NCBI GenBank assembly: GCA_963703315.1
Contig: OY969811.1
Coordinates: forward strand, 704,001 to 768,000
Reading direction: 5' to 3'
Length of the DNA: 64,000 nucleotides
DNA from: an uncultured cyanobacterium
Lineage (GTDB): Bacteria > Cyanobacteriota > Cyanobacteriia > Pseudanabaenales > Pseudanabaenaceae
A program made the translations under genes and the position numbers. Of this stretch, positions 37,949 to 49,118 are shown in pieces. Positions within the stretch are counted from its first letter, which is position 1, and each line of letters opens with the position of its first letter. The notes under the pieces are model-generated. The model made no database searches, was not told the DNA's origin, and worked only from the letters and a program-made list of their open reading frames with translations.

Positions 37949-40900
37949 ATGAAGTTCCTATCCTCAAGACTCGCTACCTTCAGAATATCTAGGCATCATT
38001 ATCTGTGGTTGCTGGTAGGTCTTGCGAGCTTACTGATCGGTAGTGAGATTGTGGGGCGATTAGGTGCGGAAATATTATGGTTTCAAGAAGTTGGCTATTT
38101 GCCCATGTATTTGCGGCGGCTGATGGCGCAAATGGGATTGGGAATTGTGGTATTTGCGATCGCTACTATTTATCTGTTTAGAAATTTACAAATTGCCCAA
38201 AAACTGAAATATGCTGAGCCTTTGAGTGATCTAGAAAAACAGGCGCAGAAATCTCAGAAATCCAAGACAAAATCTCAATATCGCCTTTATAAGAATCAGC
38301 TTAATCATCAGCAAGTAGTAGCGTCTAAATATATTCCTACTTCCTTGAGATTACGATCGCTATTGCCGCTAGTTTTGGGATTGAGTTTGCTGATTTGCTT
38401 GCTAGTAATTCACTATGGACAGGTGGCGATCGCCCAATGGCAACCTTCCGTAATTCAGCCAATGATCGCCCCAAAAACACCTTTATTATTTCGTCCAGAG
38501 ACAGTTTGGAATTTGGCAGTTTCAATCTTAACCGAGAGACTGACGGCAACTGTGATGATCGCGGTGTCAATCGCTTTACTGATTTATCCCAAATTTTTGT
38601 TCAGGGCGATCGCTGTTTTTATCAGTTTATCTACGGCATGGGTGATCTCCCGACAATGGACACATATTCTTCCTTACTGGCAACCCACTAGTTTTAATCG
38701 AACTGAGCCAGTTTTTAATCAAGATATTAGCTTTTATATATTCAATTTGCCCACCTTAGAAGTTTTGGAATTCGGGCTAGTTGGGATCTGTCTGTATGGT
38801 TTTATGGCTGTACTTTTAACCTATTTATTATCGGGAGGAAGCCTGAGCGAAGGTAAATTTATTGGTATCTCCCATGATCAGCAGCGCCATCTCTATGGAC
38901 TTGGGGGCGTGGTGATGTTGGTGGTTAGCTTCAGTTATTGGCTAAATCGCTATGAGCTTTTATATTCTCCACGTGGAGTTTCCTATGGTGCTAGCTATAC
39001 CGATACGGTCGTGCAGTTACCTGTTTATACAGGACTGAGTGTTTTAGCCTGTGCGATCGCCATTTATCTAATCCTGCGATGGATCAAATTTCATCGCCAA
39101 CCTGTGAGCCGTAGACCGATAGTGGCAGCATTATTGGGATATTTGATTATGGCGATCGGGCTGGGCGTGGGGTTACCGATCTCAGTCCAAGCCTTAATCG
39201 TACAGCCCAATGAACTTGCCCGCGAGCAGCCCTATATTCAACGCACGATCGCCTCCACCCGTGCAGCATTTGGACTCGAAAGTATTACTTCGCAAATTTT
39301 TAATCCACAGGGCAAATTAACCGAGCAATCCATTCAAAAGAATGATCTTACAGTTCGTAATATTCGGCTTTGGGATAAACAGCCACTCCTCGCAACCAAT
39401 CGCCAACTTCAACAAATCAGGCTCTATTACAGTTTTCCCGATGCTGATATTGATCGCTATACGATCAACGAAACTAATCAATCCAAACCTAATGCTAGTC
39501 AACAACAGGTACTGATCGCCGCTAGGGAATTAGACTATCGAGCGGTTCCCCAAGAGGCGCAAACTTGGGTGAATCAGCATTTAATTTATACGCATGGCTA
39601 TGGCTTTACCCTCAGTCCTGTGAATCGGGTTGGGGCGGGAGGATTACCAGAATATTTTATTAAAGATATTGGGATTACCGAAGGGACACCCCTCACTACT
39701 TCTAGTGAAGCCGTGCGGCAAAGCATTCCCATTGGTAAACCACGCATTTATTACGGAGAGAATACGGATACCTATGTGATGACTGGCACAAAAGTTAAGG
39801 AACTCGATTATCCTAGCGACAATGACAATGTGTACAACATTTACGATGGCAGGGGCGGTATTCTCCTTAATTCCTTTTGGCGGCGGATGCTATTTGCTAA
39901 GTACTTAAATGACTGGCGGATGGCGGTAACTCCTGAATTTCTGCCCGAAACCAAGTTACTATTTCGGCGAAATATTATGCAGAGGGTGAAGGCGATCGCC
40001 CCATTTTTGCGCTATGACAGTGATCCTTATTTGGTGGCGGCAAAGGCGCAGCCCCAGTCGAATGATCCTAGTTCTCTCTATTGGATTGTTGATGCCTATA
40101 CAACTAGCGATCGCTATCCCTATTCCGACATTGGTAAAGAAGGAATTAATTACATTTGCAACTCGATCAAAGTAGTGATTGATGCCTATCATGGTACGGT
40201 GAATTTCTATATTGCCGATCCCAGTGATCCAATCATCAGTACGTGGGCAAAGATTTTTCCTGATTTGTTTAAGCCTCTAAGGGCAATGCCTGAAAACCTG
40301 CGTCAGCATTTACGCTATCCTGTGGATTTATTCTCAATTCAATCAGAACGCTTGATTACCTATCACATGACCGATGCTCAAGTGTTCTATAACCGCGAAG
40401 ATCAATGGCAAATTCCTAATGAAGTCTATGGGGATAAACCGCGTTTGGTAGAACCCTATTACTTGATTACGAGTTTACCTGAAGTTCCCTTTGAGGAATT
40501 TATTCTCTTATTACCATTTACCCCTAAAGAGCGCACCAATTTAGTAGCATGGCTAGCGGCGCGATCGGATGGAGAAAATTATGGCAAACTACTGCTCTAT
40601 ACATTTCCTAAACAAATTCTTGTCTATGGGACTGAACAAATCGAAGCCAGAATCAATCAAGATCCTGTCATTTCTCAACAAATTTCACTCTGGAATCGTC
40701 AAGGCTCACGAGTAATCCAAGGAAATCTGTTAGTTATTCCGATTGAGCAATCACTTTTGTATGTAGAACCACTCTATTTAGAATCGACTCAAAACAAATT
40801 ACCGACATTAGTACGAGTGATTGTCGCCTATGAAAATCGGATTGTGATGGCACAAACTTTACAACAGGCGATCGCTGCCATCTTCAAACCAGAGCCAGAA

Positions 40901-40951
40901 ATTACGCCGCCAATTATTCGTCCAGTCGAAGCACCCGTGACACCACCTTAA
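37949..40951 (+). CDS. UPF0182 family membrane protein
   Basis: [37 protein letters not shown]. Confidence 0.93.
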   Translation: MKFLSSRLATFRISRHHYLWLLVGLASLLIGSEIVGRLGAEILWFQEVGYLPMYLRRLMAQMGLGIVVFAIATIYLFRNLQIAQKLKYAEPLSDLEKQAQKSQKSKTKSQYRLYKNQLNHQQVVASKYIPTSLRLRSLLPLVLGLSLLICLLVIHYGQVAIAQWQPSVIQPMIAPKTPLLFRPETVWNLAVSILTERLTATVMIAVSIALLIYPKFLFRAIAVFISLSTAWVISRQWTHILPYWQPTSFNRTEPVFNQDISFYIFNLPTLEVLEFGLVGICLYGFMAVLLTYLLSGGSLSEGKFIGISHDQQRHLYGLGGVVMLVVSFSYWLNRYELLYSPRGVSYGASYTDTVVQLPVYTGLSVLACAIAIYLILRWIKFHRQPVSRRPIVAALLGYLIMAIGLGVGLPISVQALIVQPNELAREQPYIQRTIASTRAAFGLESITSQIFNPQGKLTEQSIQKNDLTVRNIRLWDKQPLLATNRQLQQIRLYYSFPDADIDRYTINETNQSKPNASQQQVLIAARELDYRAVPQEAQTWVNQHLIYTHGYGFTLSPVNRVGAGGLPEYFIKDIGITEGTPLTTSSEAVRQSIPIGKPRIYYGENTDTYVMTGTKVKELDYPSDNDNVYNIYDGRGGILLNSFWRRMLFAKYLNDWRMAVTPEFLPETKLLFRRNIMQRVKAIAPFLRYDSDPYLVAAKAQPQSNDPSSLYWIVDAYTTSDRYPYSDIGKEGINYICNSIKVVIDAYHGTVNFYIADPSDPIISTWAKIFPDLFKPLRAMPENLRQHLRYPVDLFSIQSERLITYHMTDAQVFYNREDQWQIPNEVYGDKPRLVEPYYLITSLPEVPFEEFILLLPFTPKERTNLVAWLAARSDGENYGKLLLYTFPKQILVYGTEQIEARINQDPVISQQISLWNRQGSRVIQGNLLVIPIEQSLLYVEPLYLESTQNKLPTLVRVIVAYENRIVMAQTLQQAIAAIFKPEPEITPPIIRPVEAPVTPP

Positions 40952-40982
40952 AAAAAGAGGTTGCTATGCAACCTCTTTTTTA
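40949..40982. terminator. Bidirectional terminator spanning both stop codons
   Basis: TAAAAAAAGAGGTTGC-tat-GCAACCTCTTTTTTA. Confidence 0.8.
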
Positions 40983-41516
40983 GATTTTTACGCCAGATTT
41001 ACGGGCAATCCAGATTTCCCAGTTACGCAGAAAACTTGATCGAGCTTTGAATATTGTGGAAATCGATGGCTTAAATACAATCTCCTCACAAGGGGGCTGT
41101 ACCAAAATCGTAAATAAGCCTAAACGATTTCCCACAATCGTGTCAGTAAATAGGCGATCGCCAACCATAGCAACTTGTGAAGCTGGTAATTGCATTGCTT
41201 CTAAAACCTGACGCACTACCCGCCGCGATGGCTTACCAGCCCGACTACGATAGGGAAGCTTGAGACTTTCGGCAACCTTTTGAATACGGCGATCGCTAAA
41301 GTTATTACTAGCTAGCCAGATGGGATATTGCGATCGCATTTGCTCTACCCAACGACTAATTTCTTCCGACGCATAGGCTTCATCATCACCAATCAATGTA
41401 TTATCCACGTCTAAAATCAAGCCCCGTAATCCATGTGCTTCCATGAGTTGCGGCGTGATCGCGTAAATTGGTGCTGACAAAACTAGGTCAGGAGCAATAA
41501 GTTTCCAAGCTTTCAC
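40980..41516 (-). CDS. YqeG-family HAD IIIA phosphatase
   Basis: LDVDNTL, SNN, KP, VGDRLFTD. Confidence 0.9.
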   Translation of the reverse strand: MKAWKLIAPDLVLSAPIYAITPQLMEAHGLRGLILDVDNTLIGDDEAYASEEISRWVEQMRSQYPIWLASNNFSDRRIQKVAESLKLPYRSRAGKPSRRVVRQVLEAMQLPASQVAMVGDRLFTDTIVGNRLGLFTILVQPPCEEIVFKPSISTIFKARSSFLRNWEIWIARKSGVKI

Positions 41517-41586
41517 AAATATTTTGAAAATGTTAATTAAATTATTAAGAATATCTTAACTCAGAATTGCCCCAGCAGCATGAGTG

Positions 41587-42246
41587 CTATAGCAAGCCAC
41601 GATAGCGAATGAAGACTAAAACAACTGACCATGAGCCTAGGGCTACTTTAATCGCAACGAGAATGTTCAGAATTGGGATGATACCGCCACTGAATAGTTC
41701 GCCCATCTGACCATGGGGTAATTCTAGCCCTGAGAGGGTGATCACTGATAAAACAATAAAAATTAGAACCGATATCTTTTCCCAAGTTGCGGCGTGCCAT
41801 CGCTTATACAAATTCTGAAGTCTCTCTGGCGAAGAAGTAATCGCAATCAAGCCGATCGCCGTTCCACCAGCGACACCTGCGGCAAAGCCTCCTCCTGGGC
41901 TGAGATGCCCACGAATGGCTAACTCGATCGCTACCAGTGCCGCAATAGTGGCTCCCAGTTGAGCAAGGACAATTGAAGTTTGATCGGTAAATTGGTAAAT
42001 TCTCGTAAAGGGTTTCTCATTGGCAAGTAAAAAGTTTGCCCCCATAATTGCGATCGTAAAAACAATTACTTCAAAAATGGTGTCATAGAGGCGATTGCGA
42101 AAAATGATTCCTGATACGACATTACTCACACCACTGTCTTGGGCGATCGCCTCGACAATCGAGAAAGATAAGCTAGGCGCGGGGTTGGGCAGGAATAGCA
42201 TTTTTATAAAAAAAGCAATCCCTGCGATTATATAAATCCATTTCAT
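41587..42246 (-). CDS. mnhB: Mrp/Mnh antiporter subunit B
   Basis: NVV..I..R.YDT.FE, GHLSPGGGFAAG. Confidence 0.85.
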   Translation of the reverse strand: MKWIYIIAGIAFFIKMLFLPNPAPSLSFSIVEAIAQDSGVSNVVSGIIFRNRLYDTIFEVIVFTIAIMGANFLLANEKPFTRIYQFTDQTSIVLAQLGATIAALVAIELAIRGHLSPGGGFAAGVAGGTAIGLIAITSSPERLQNLYKRWHAATWEKISVLIFIVLSVITLSGLELPHGQMGELFSGGIIPILNILVAIKVALGSWSVVLVFIRYRGLL

Positions 42247-42303
42247 TGTTCTTGGGGGAGTAATTAAGATGGTAGGAGTTTAGAGTTATCGCAAAATTAA
42301 CCG

Positions 42304-42981
42304 CTAGATGCGAATTAATTGGACATTAGCCAAATCTGGATTCGCTTGCATAATCTCATAAAGCCGACGCAAACGGATTTTGATTTGATAAAATCTGCCT
42401 TGATTAACTTCTTGAGTCTCAGCATCATGCAAAGTGGCATGAACAAGCTTATCAATTAACGCTTGTTCTAATTCTGCTTCAGTCTCATAGGGAACTAATT
42501 CAACTCTCATATAGTATTTACTGAAAGTATTTTTCAGGACATCGATCAGCTTCTCAATATTAGATATAGAGATATGATCCTGATCTATTCCATTATCTGT
42601 ATCTATAACTGGATGCTCGTCAAGCTGCTCAGGTTGTTGTAATTCTTCTTGTTCTAATTGCTCAGAGGGAAGGTAAAGCTTATTTAATTCTTCTTCTAAA
42701 TCGTGAGCGATCGCCATCTCCTCAACTACACCCAAACGCAATACTAAAGAGGATCGTATCGCAACCACTTGGAGCATTGTCGCTAAAAAAGCTCCGACTA
42801 GAGCCTCGGTCAGCGCTACATCCGCCGCGCCTAAAATCGTATAGACTAGCGCTGATATTGCGCCTAAAATGCCACGAATAACTAGAGCTTTGTAGGGATT
42901 AGTTTGGAACACCAACATTGATGCTGATATCGGTAGCAGCACTGCGATCGCATAGACATAACCATCGTAATTACTAATCAT
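42304..42981 (-). CDS. DUF4040 (MrpA/MrpB-related) subunit with acidic insert
   Basis: LGAADVALTEALVG. Confidence 0.85.
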   Translation of the reverse strand: MISNYDGYVYAIAVLLPISASMLVFQTNPYKALVIRGILGAISALVYTILGAADVALTEALVGAFLATMLQVVAIRSSLVLRLGVVEEMAIAHDLEEELNKLYLPSEQLEQEELQQPEQLDEHPVIDTDNGIDQDHISISNIEKLIDVLKNTFSKYYMRVELVPYETEAELEQALIDKLVHATLHDAETQEVNQGRFYQIKIRLRRLYEIMQANPDLANVQLIRI

Positions 42982-43056
42982 TTACTGTTCTAATACTGTT
43001 CTAATCTGGAGGAAGGCTTAATTGTTTTTAGGACGTGTTAATACAACGCAAAGAAT

Positions 43057-43356
43057 CTATTTCTTTTTAGTCGTACTGCTGGAACAGTATGCCAGCACAT
43101 AGCACAGCATCGTATTCCATAGGGCTAAGGAAATAATTGCCAGAATCAGTAATGGCAACTCCTTGGGGCGAAGTAAGACTAAACCAAATACGATCGCGAT
43201 CGAGCCAAGGGTATCCGATACCGAAAGGCTATGGAGTTTAAAAAGTACCGATCGCTTTGTTAGTAAAGCTGACGTTCCCCAAAACCAGAATACTAATCCA
43301 CTTAGAATACAGATATAACTGAGTATATGGACTAAATTTGTCATGGTTATGGACAT
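43057..43356 (-). CDS. mnhG: Mrp subunit G
   Basis: KLHSLSVSDTLG. Confidence 0.8.
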   Translation of the reverse strand: MSITMTNLVHILSYICILSGLVFWFWGTSALLTKRSVLFKLHSLSVSDTLGSIAIVFGLVLLRPKELPLLILAIISLALWNTMLCYVLAYCSSSTTKKK

Positions 43357-43358
43357 GG

Positions 43359-43643
43359 TTATAGCTCTCCTGTGCGTTGAATGATATGGGCTAGGAGCAT
43401 AAATCCTGCATTACCCACACTCAAAATAATCACGCCGATTACGCCAATCATCCAATCGTCTCGCAACACTGCGATTACTAAAATCATCACTGCGGATTTG
43501 GCAGCAATACTAGAAAAAGCAAGCATGATTTCCCAAATATCGCCATCGTATTTCCAAGCCTGATAAAGGGGAATTAGTAAAGATATAACCATCGCGCCGA
43601 CGACAAAATTTAATACGGAATTGGGAGATAGATCGATATTCAT
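43359..43643 (-). CDS. Mrp subunit F-like
   Basis: Three TM segments; position between E and G. Confidence 0.7.
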   Translation of the reverse strand: MNIDLSPNSVLNFVVGAMVISLLIPLYQAWKYDGDIWEIMLAFSSIAAKSAVMILVIAVLRDDWMIGVIGVIILSVGNAGFMLLAHIIQRTGEL

Positions 43644-44035
43644 GAATTACGTCTCCTCTGGATGCGGCGCACAACATGATGTACCACATACCAGTCATCT
43701 TCTTGATGTCTCAACACAATAGTTTTAGGTGTGAAAGTAATCACAAAAATGTCCAAGAAAACTAGGGCTGCTGATCGACGGTTTTTGGCTTTTTCCATAA
43801 TCACTTCTTCATGTTTATGGGGTTGACAGATCATCTCAATTGCTTCGATATAGGCTTGAGGAACTGCCACAATCATCTTTTTGATGCCATAAATAACATC
43901 CTTAAACTGAATCGCTTCCGAGCGGTAATAGGGCATGAGCAGAGAGATGCTTACACCAATGATGATATTGGTAATACTTAAATTAGCGGTTAACAAAAAC
44001 CAGATCACGATTCGCAAAATAAATTGTCCAATCAT
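43640..44035 (-). CDS. mnhE: Mrp subunit E
   Basis: W.LLT..IIG, ITFTPKT, VH. Confidence 0.8.
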   Translation of the reverse strand: MIGQFILRIVIWFLLTANLSITNIIIGVSISLLMPYYRSEAIQFKDVIYGIKKMIVAVPQAYIEAIEMICQPHKHEEVIMEKAKNRRSAALVFLDIFVITFTPKTIVLRHQEDDWYVVHHVVRRIQRRRNS

Positions 44036-45489
44036 GCCAGCACCATCCAGAACAGTAGAATTAACGTCAGGCTCATAACACCAATCAGATTCTCAAAATC
44101 CTCGAACAACGTGGAAAATTTGACCACAGCGTGTTTAAAAATTAGCCAATATGCTATCCAACCGATCGCGATCGTTGCCAGAGGTTTGACGGCATTTTCC
44201 AGAGTATAGGCTTCATAGTAAACGGCATTTGCCACAAACAAGCCGCCCAATAAAATGGCGATCGCTACCCAAAACTCAACCCGCAAGGGTTCTTTAATCC
44301 CTGATTGAGCTTGATGCTTAGTTTGATTATGGTGGGGCAAGAAAATAAACTTAGCAAAGGAGATCGCCGTGCCTAAAGCCGCAATGTTCATTCCGATTAC
44401 CTGCCAAGGCTGGAGATTTTCCATAGTTAATACTTTTGCCCCAAATCCAGATAGTAAGGGAAACCCAGAAATGGAAAAGCTAGCAATCACCAAAGGTATC
44501 CAGAGTTGGGTAGGAATAGGCTGATGCTGCAATTCTTTCAGGTTACGGCTAGGCAAATTGCCCACAATTAGAAATAGAGCCGATTTGACTAAGCCATGGG
44601 TGAGCGCATAGAAGCCACCAACCTCTGGTGCAGCAAGGATAAAACCTAACTGCGAAATGGTATGAAAGGCTAACATCCGCTTGGCATCTTTCTCAAACAC
44701 AGCAAAAAAAACGCCAAGTAGAGCGGTTAAAACCCCAAATATGCGGACGATTGGGTCAAGTTCTTCAATCAATAATGCACAATGCACTAATGGCAAAATT
44801 CCCGCCTTTACGACTACTCCCGACATCAGTGCCGAGACTGGTGACTCGGATTCGGCATGGGTCAATGGCAGCCATAGTCCTGATACAAAGATCCCGCCCT
44901 TGGCTAACAGCCCTAAAAAGATCAAGGCGATCGCTTCGGGAGGTGCGCCTCGCAGTCCGCTAAAAGTAAAGGAATGGTTGGCTTTATATACCAACACTGC
45001 GCCAATCAGGTAAAACAACATGGCGACATTGCTGACAAATAAATAGCGCAAACCAATCCAAATGGAGCGATCGCTTCGGGGATAGGCAATCAATAAAAAG
45101 CTGGCAATGCTAATTACTTCTAGAGCCACATATAAACTGATGAAGTCGGAGCAGGCAAAAGCTGCATTGATACTGCCATGTAGCAATATGACTTGAGCAT
45201 AAAAAAAGGCGGTGCGATCGCTATTCCAGCAGTAAATAATCACGGCTGCCGTGACCAAAGCATTGGTCAAGATAAAAAATCCTGCCAAGGGATCAAGAAC
45301 CAAGGTCACACCAAAGTTATCGAGCAATTGTAAGTTGATCGGCGTTTGCTGGACAAACAGAGGAATCACGTATAGTGCCAACGCAAATGCACCGACTAAA
45401 GCCAAAATGCGATCGCACTTCGGAAATATATAAATAATGAATCCCACCAAAAATGGTAAGACAATCCAGAACAAAGTTAGGAAAGTCAT
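44032..45489 (-). CDS. mnhD: Mrp subunit D (antiporter-like)
   Basis: LYVALEV, WLPLTH, SALMSGVVVK, HGLVKSALF. Confidence 0.88.
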   Translation of the reverse strand: MTFLTLFWIVLPFLVGFIIYIFPKCDRILALVGAFALALYVIPLFVQQTPINLQLLDNFGVTLVLDPLAGFFILTNALVTAAVIIYCWNSDRTAFFYAQVILLHGSINAAFACSDFISLYVALEVISIASFLLIAYPRSDRSIWIGLRYLFVSNVAMLFYLIGAVLVYKANHSFTFSGLRGAPPEAIALIFLGLLAKGGIFVSGLWLPLTHAESESPVSALMSGVVVKAGILPLVHCALLIEELDPIVRIFGVLTALLGVFFAVFEKDAKRMLAFHTISQLGFILAAPEVGGFYALTHGLVKSALFLIVGNLPSRNLKELQHQPIPTQLWIPLVIASFSISGFPLLSGFGAKVLTMENLQPWQVIGMNIAALGTAISFAKFIFLPHHNQTKHQAQSGIKEPLRVEFWVAIAILLGGLFVANAVYYEAYTLENAVKPLATIAIGWIAYWLIFKHAVVKFSTLFEDFENLIGVMSLTLILLFWMVLA

Positions 45490-45821
45490 ACCAGATCACT
45501 CTTCTCAATCTCATGAATTTCCAAGGTGGGATTATTGCGTGCGAGTTTGATCACCCCAACCAACATCAATGCTTGAATTGAGAAGCCAATCACGATCGCT
45601 GTCAAAATCACAGCCTGAGGTACTGGGTCTGCATAGTTAGTTCTTGGGATATCGCCAAGGATGGGTGTAAATACTCCTTGGCGGGATGCAATTACTACAA
45701 AATATGCGATTACGCCCGTACTCATCACATCCATAGAAATGATTTTCATAACAAGGTTCTTTTTAAGAATAATTCCTAAAAAGCCACAGAGTATAGTTGC
45801 AAGGACAAAGGCTTCTAACAC
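45486..45821 (-). CDS. mnhC: Mrp subunit C
   Basis: DPVPQAVILTAIVIG. Confidence 0.92.
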   Translation of the reverse strand: MLEAFVLATILCGFLGIILKKNLVMKIISMDVMSTGVIAYFVVIASRQGVFTPILGDIPRTNYADPVPQAVILTAIVIGFSIQALMLVGVIKLARNNPTLEIHEIEKSDLV

Positions 45822-45924
45822 ATCAATTTTCTCTGACAGTATTACTAATAGAGTTTACTTTAGGCTTTTATGTAGCTTTTACACTCCGATTAAACCCAGA
45901 AAATTCTCTATATATAGCTGCTAT

Positions 45925-45979
45925 AAAAAACTAAGAGAGAGTCGCAGCGCAAAGCGCTGCGACTCTCTCTTAGTTTTTT
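45925..45979. repeat. REP-like palindrome / terminator of the mltG operon
   Basis: AAAAAACTAAGAGAGAGTCGCAGCGC-AAA-GCGCTGCGACTCTCTCTTAGTTTTTT. Confidence 0.8.
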
Positions 45980-45984
45980 TTTGC

Positions 45985-47076
45985 TTATTGTTTTGGTGTT
46001 TTTTGTTGGATCTTTTTATCGATCGCCTGTAATGCTTTTTCGTGATCTTCTAAATTGCGACTAAATACATGACTACCATCATATTTGGCAACAAAAAATA
46101 AATAATCGGTATTCGCTGGATCAAGAGTAGCTTTAAGACTGGCTAATCCGACTGAAGCGATCGCCCCCGGTGGTAATCCTTCATTGAGATAGGTGTTATA
46201 CGGAGAAGCCGTTCGTACCTGTTCCAGTGTAAGTGGGTTTTCAGGAGTCTGTTTAATATTTAAGCCATATTCCACAGTGGGATCTGCCTCTAGACGCATA
46301 TTCTTTTTCAGGCGGTTCCAGAAAACACCTGAGATAATGCGACGCTCTGATTCGATCACCGATTCCTTTTCGACGATACTCGCAAGAGTGACCCAATCCT
46401 TGAGGCTAACTTTGACCTTAGGCTTGCCCGTCTGATTCTCTTTGTAAACAGGTAAAGCAACCTGCTCAAAGCGATCGAGCATTAAGTCAATAATGCGATC
46501 TGGTGTCGCTTCCGATGGCAGAATTTGATAGGTATCAGGAAAAAGAAATCCCTCTAAACTAGGAATATCTTCAGGTAGCCAAGGGCGACGCAAAGGACTC
46601 GTCCTTTGTGCTGCTGCAATGAAATCCTTAGCTGCAAAAAAGCCTTGCTTCTCAAATAAATCTGCCATCTGGGCGATCGACCAACCTTCAGGGATTGTAA
46701 ATCGCACTTCGGTGGATTTAGCGGTTTGAATTTGGGCAACAACTTCTGGCAGCGATTGAGTGGTTACAAAGTCATAGGTTCCCGATCGCAAGGCTACTGA
46801 TTCGCTACTGCGTAGTGATTGCCAAAATATCCACAGGCGCAAAGCTAAGCTAGAGCGAATTACGCCTGCGGCTTCTAGTTCTTGGGCGATCGCCTGAGTG
46901 GGGGTTCCATCAGATATGGTTAATCTAATTTTTGCCCCAAAGTTGCTAGGTGCAGCACTTGCCCAAAGCCACCAAGAGCTACTAATTACGCCTGTAACTA
47001 GTAAGGTTAGTGGAATTGCAACTCCATAAAATAGCCAATTAGAACTCTTCTTCGGCATCTTCTGTGCTGAGGACAT
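45985..47076 (-). CDS. mltG: Endolytic transglycosylase MltG
   Basis: TIPEG, LEGFLFPDTY, LASIVEKE, SPYNTY, GLPPG. Confidence 0.95.
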   Translation of the reverse strand: MSSAQKMPKKSSNWLFYGVAIPLTLLVTGVISSSWWLWASAAPSNFGAKIRLTISDGTPTQAIAQELEAAGVIRSSLALRLWIFWQSLRSSESVALRSGTYDFVTTQSLPEVVAQIQTAKSTEVRFTIPEGWSIAQMADLFEKQGFFAAKDFIAAAQRTSPLRRPWLPEDIPSLEGFLFPDTYQILPSEATPDRIIDLMLDRFEQVALPVYKENQTGKPKVKVSLKDWVTLASIVEKESVIESERRIISGVFWNRLKKNMRLEADPTVEYGLNIKQTPENPLTLEQVRTASPYNTYLNEGLPPGAIASVGLASLKATLDPANTDYLFFVAKYDGSHVFSRNLEDHEKALQAIDKKIQQKTPKQ

Positions 47077-47593
47077 GGTCTAAATATTGCTCCACATAAG
47101 GCTCAAGGGCTACCATCTCATCAGGTGTAAGAATTTCAGGCTGACCATTAGCTCCAACTTTGGCAATAAACATTAGAGGATCAAGGGAGGTGAAAACTGA
47201 AAAAGCTTGCTCTTCATAGTAGAAATGCGCTAGTTCTTGGAATTCCCCACAGTTGCCATCTTCCTCGGTATCAATCTCAATGATATCCTCTTCAGTAGGC
47301 TCAGGTAATTCACCCTCAACGGTCAACGTATGGGCAGAACGCTTTAGAGAAAGATTTTGTTCTGCTAAAACTGCCTGAGCTACTGGAAAAATTAGATCAA
47401 TTTCCTCTTCGGTGACATCGACTAATTCAGTTTCTTCTTCGTCATCGGTTTCTTGCCATGCAAAGATTTGCACAGAAAAATCCACTGGTTGCAGTAATAA
47501 ATATTCGGTACTGTCCACTTTAAAAGCGGTTTCCACAGTGCAAGGCAAGCTCTTACCTGCGTCATCCGTAAGTACGATCGTCGATCCTTCCAT
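47039..47593 (-). CDS. DUF3727 family protein
   Basis: Acidic; L.C.VE..EYLLL.PVD, LTVEGEL, LDP; between ruvX and mltG. Confidence 0.8.
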   Translation of the reverse strand: MEGSTIVLTDDAGKSLPCTVETAFKVDSTEYLLLQPVDFSVQIFAWQETDDEEETELVDVTEEEIDLIFPVAQAVLAEQNLSLKRSAHTLTVEGELPEPTEEDIIEIDTEEDGNCGEFQELAHFYYEEQAFSVFTSLDPLMFIAKVGANGQPEILTPDEMVALEPYVEQYLDHVLSTEDAEEEF

Positions 47594-47731
47594 AGATTGC
47601 TGTTTTGTATCCTATAGCACTACTAGCTCAGAGAAACGCTCTTATATAAGGCTTTCGGCGCTTTAAGCATTATGCCAGTAAAGGGGACATATTTAGAAAA
47701 TAGAGATGCGGCGAAGTAGCATCTCTATTTT

Positions 47732-48154
47732 CTAAGATTGATTCTTGAGAGCTAGCCATTGCTGCAAAATCAGGGCGGCGGCTTTGCGATCAATCATTTC
47801 TTTGTTTTGTCTGGTGGAAATACCTTGCGATCGCATCATTTCTTCGGCTTCGTAGGAGGTTAGGCGCTCATCGACAAATTCTAAAATCATGCCGAGTTGT
47901 TTGGCAGCCCCGTTAGCAAATTTTTGGACGTGTTTGGCTTGATGCCCCAATGATCCATCCATGTTGTAGGGCAAGCCAACCACAAGAGTATCGATATTAC
48001 GCTCAGTTATTAGCGATCGCAAGATTGCCATATCCTCATCCCATGATTTACGAATAATCGTGGTAATGCCATGTACTGATATACCGAGGCGATCGCATCC
48101 TGCGACACCGATCCGTTTTCTACCGACATCTAAACCTAGTGCTGCATATTGCAT
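47732..48154 (-). CDS. ruvX: YqgF/RuvX nuclease
   Basis: LGLDVG.KRIGVA, VVGLP, VDERLTS, D..AA.LIL. Confidence 0.95.
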   Translation of the reverse strand: MQYAALGLDVGRKRIGVAGCDRLGISVHGITTIIRKSWDEDMAILRSLITERNIDTLVVGLPYNMDGSLGHQAKHVQKFANGAAKQLGMILEFVDERLTSYEAEEMMRSQGISTRQNKEMIDRKAAALILQQWLALKNQS

Positions 48155-48202
48155 AAGTATCTTTGGCGTGTCGTACTTCGCACGACACGCTACTGGTTTT
48201 GT

Positions 48203-48844
48203 CTATTGATTTTGAAATGGTTGTACTTTTTGAATTAAGGTTTGCGATCGCGCAATGATCGTTGTCCAATCATTCTCGGCGATCGCCTCAATCGAAAATA
48301 AATGGCTGGAAATACCAACGGCGATCGCCCCTGCCGCGAGAAATTGATCAGCATTTTGAATCGTAATTCCCCCTGTGGGAATTAAAGGGATCTCGCGTAA
48401 TACAGGTTGTAAGCATTTTAGGTAATCCACACCACCAATTACTTTGATCGGAAAAACTTTAACGGCGGCAGCTCCTGCTTGCCATGCAGTGACAATTTCG
48501 GTGGGGGTGAGTGCGCCTGCAATCACAGGAATATTATTTTCTAAACCTTTAGCAATTAAGTCGGGATTAGTGTGGGGCGTAAACAAAAAGCTACAACCAC
48601 AGGCGATCGCTCGTTCCGCACTGTCCATATCTAAAATTGTGCCTGTGCCAATTTTGCAATCAGGTAGCTCCTGTTGCAACTTGGGGATGAGAGATTCAGA
48701 GCGATCGGTGTTCCAAGCGATTTCGATCAGCTTAATCCCACCTGCGGCAGCAGCAAGTGCCATTTCTCGTGCCGTACCAACATTATCAGCGCGAATAACG
48801 GCAATAATGCGATGCTGTTGCAACAAACTGAGCCAAGGATTCAC
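48203..48844 (-). CDS. eda: KDPG/KHG aldolase
   Basis: IAVIR, IGTGT, PTEI, VKVFP, PTGG. Confidence 0.9.
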   Translation of the reverse strand: MNPWLSLLQQHRIIAVIRADNVGTAREMALAAAAGGIKLIEIAWNTDRSESLIPKLQQELPDCKIGTGTILDMDSAERAIACGCSFLFTPHTNPDLIAKGLENNIPVIAGALTPTEIVTAWQAGAAAVKVFPIKVIGGVDYLKCLQPVLREIPLIPTGGITIQNADQFLAAGAIAVGISSHLFSIEAIAENDWTTIIARSQTLIQKVQPFQNQ

Positions 48845-48926
48845 AGATTTTATAGAAATTTACATTTGCGATCAACTGCCCAAGATCATGCCACAGATTG
48901 ATCGTAGGTGCAATTTATCCCAAAAC

Positions 48927-48981
48927 TAAAACCCAAAAGAGAGTGGCGGCGCGAAGCGCCGCCACTCTCTTTTGGGTTTTA
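48927..48981. repeat. REP-like perfect palindrome with GCGAAGC loop
   Basis: 26-bp arms around GAA. Confidence 0.85.
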
Positions 48982-49118
48982 TGTCTTAACTTGCTTGGCT
49001 CTTGGCTATAGTTAAAAAAAACTTACTGAGTTTGTTTTTTAATTCACAAAAGTATTGCCCTTGCGATCATTTATGCTTTAGACAAGTTGTTTACAAAGAT
49101 TTTTACCAAAACTAAATT

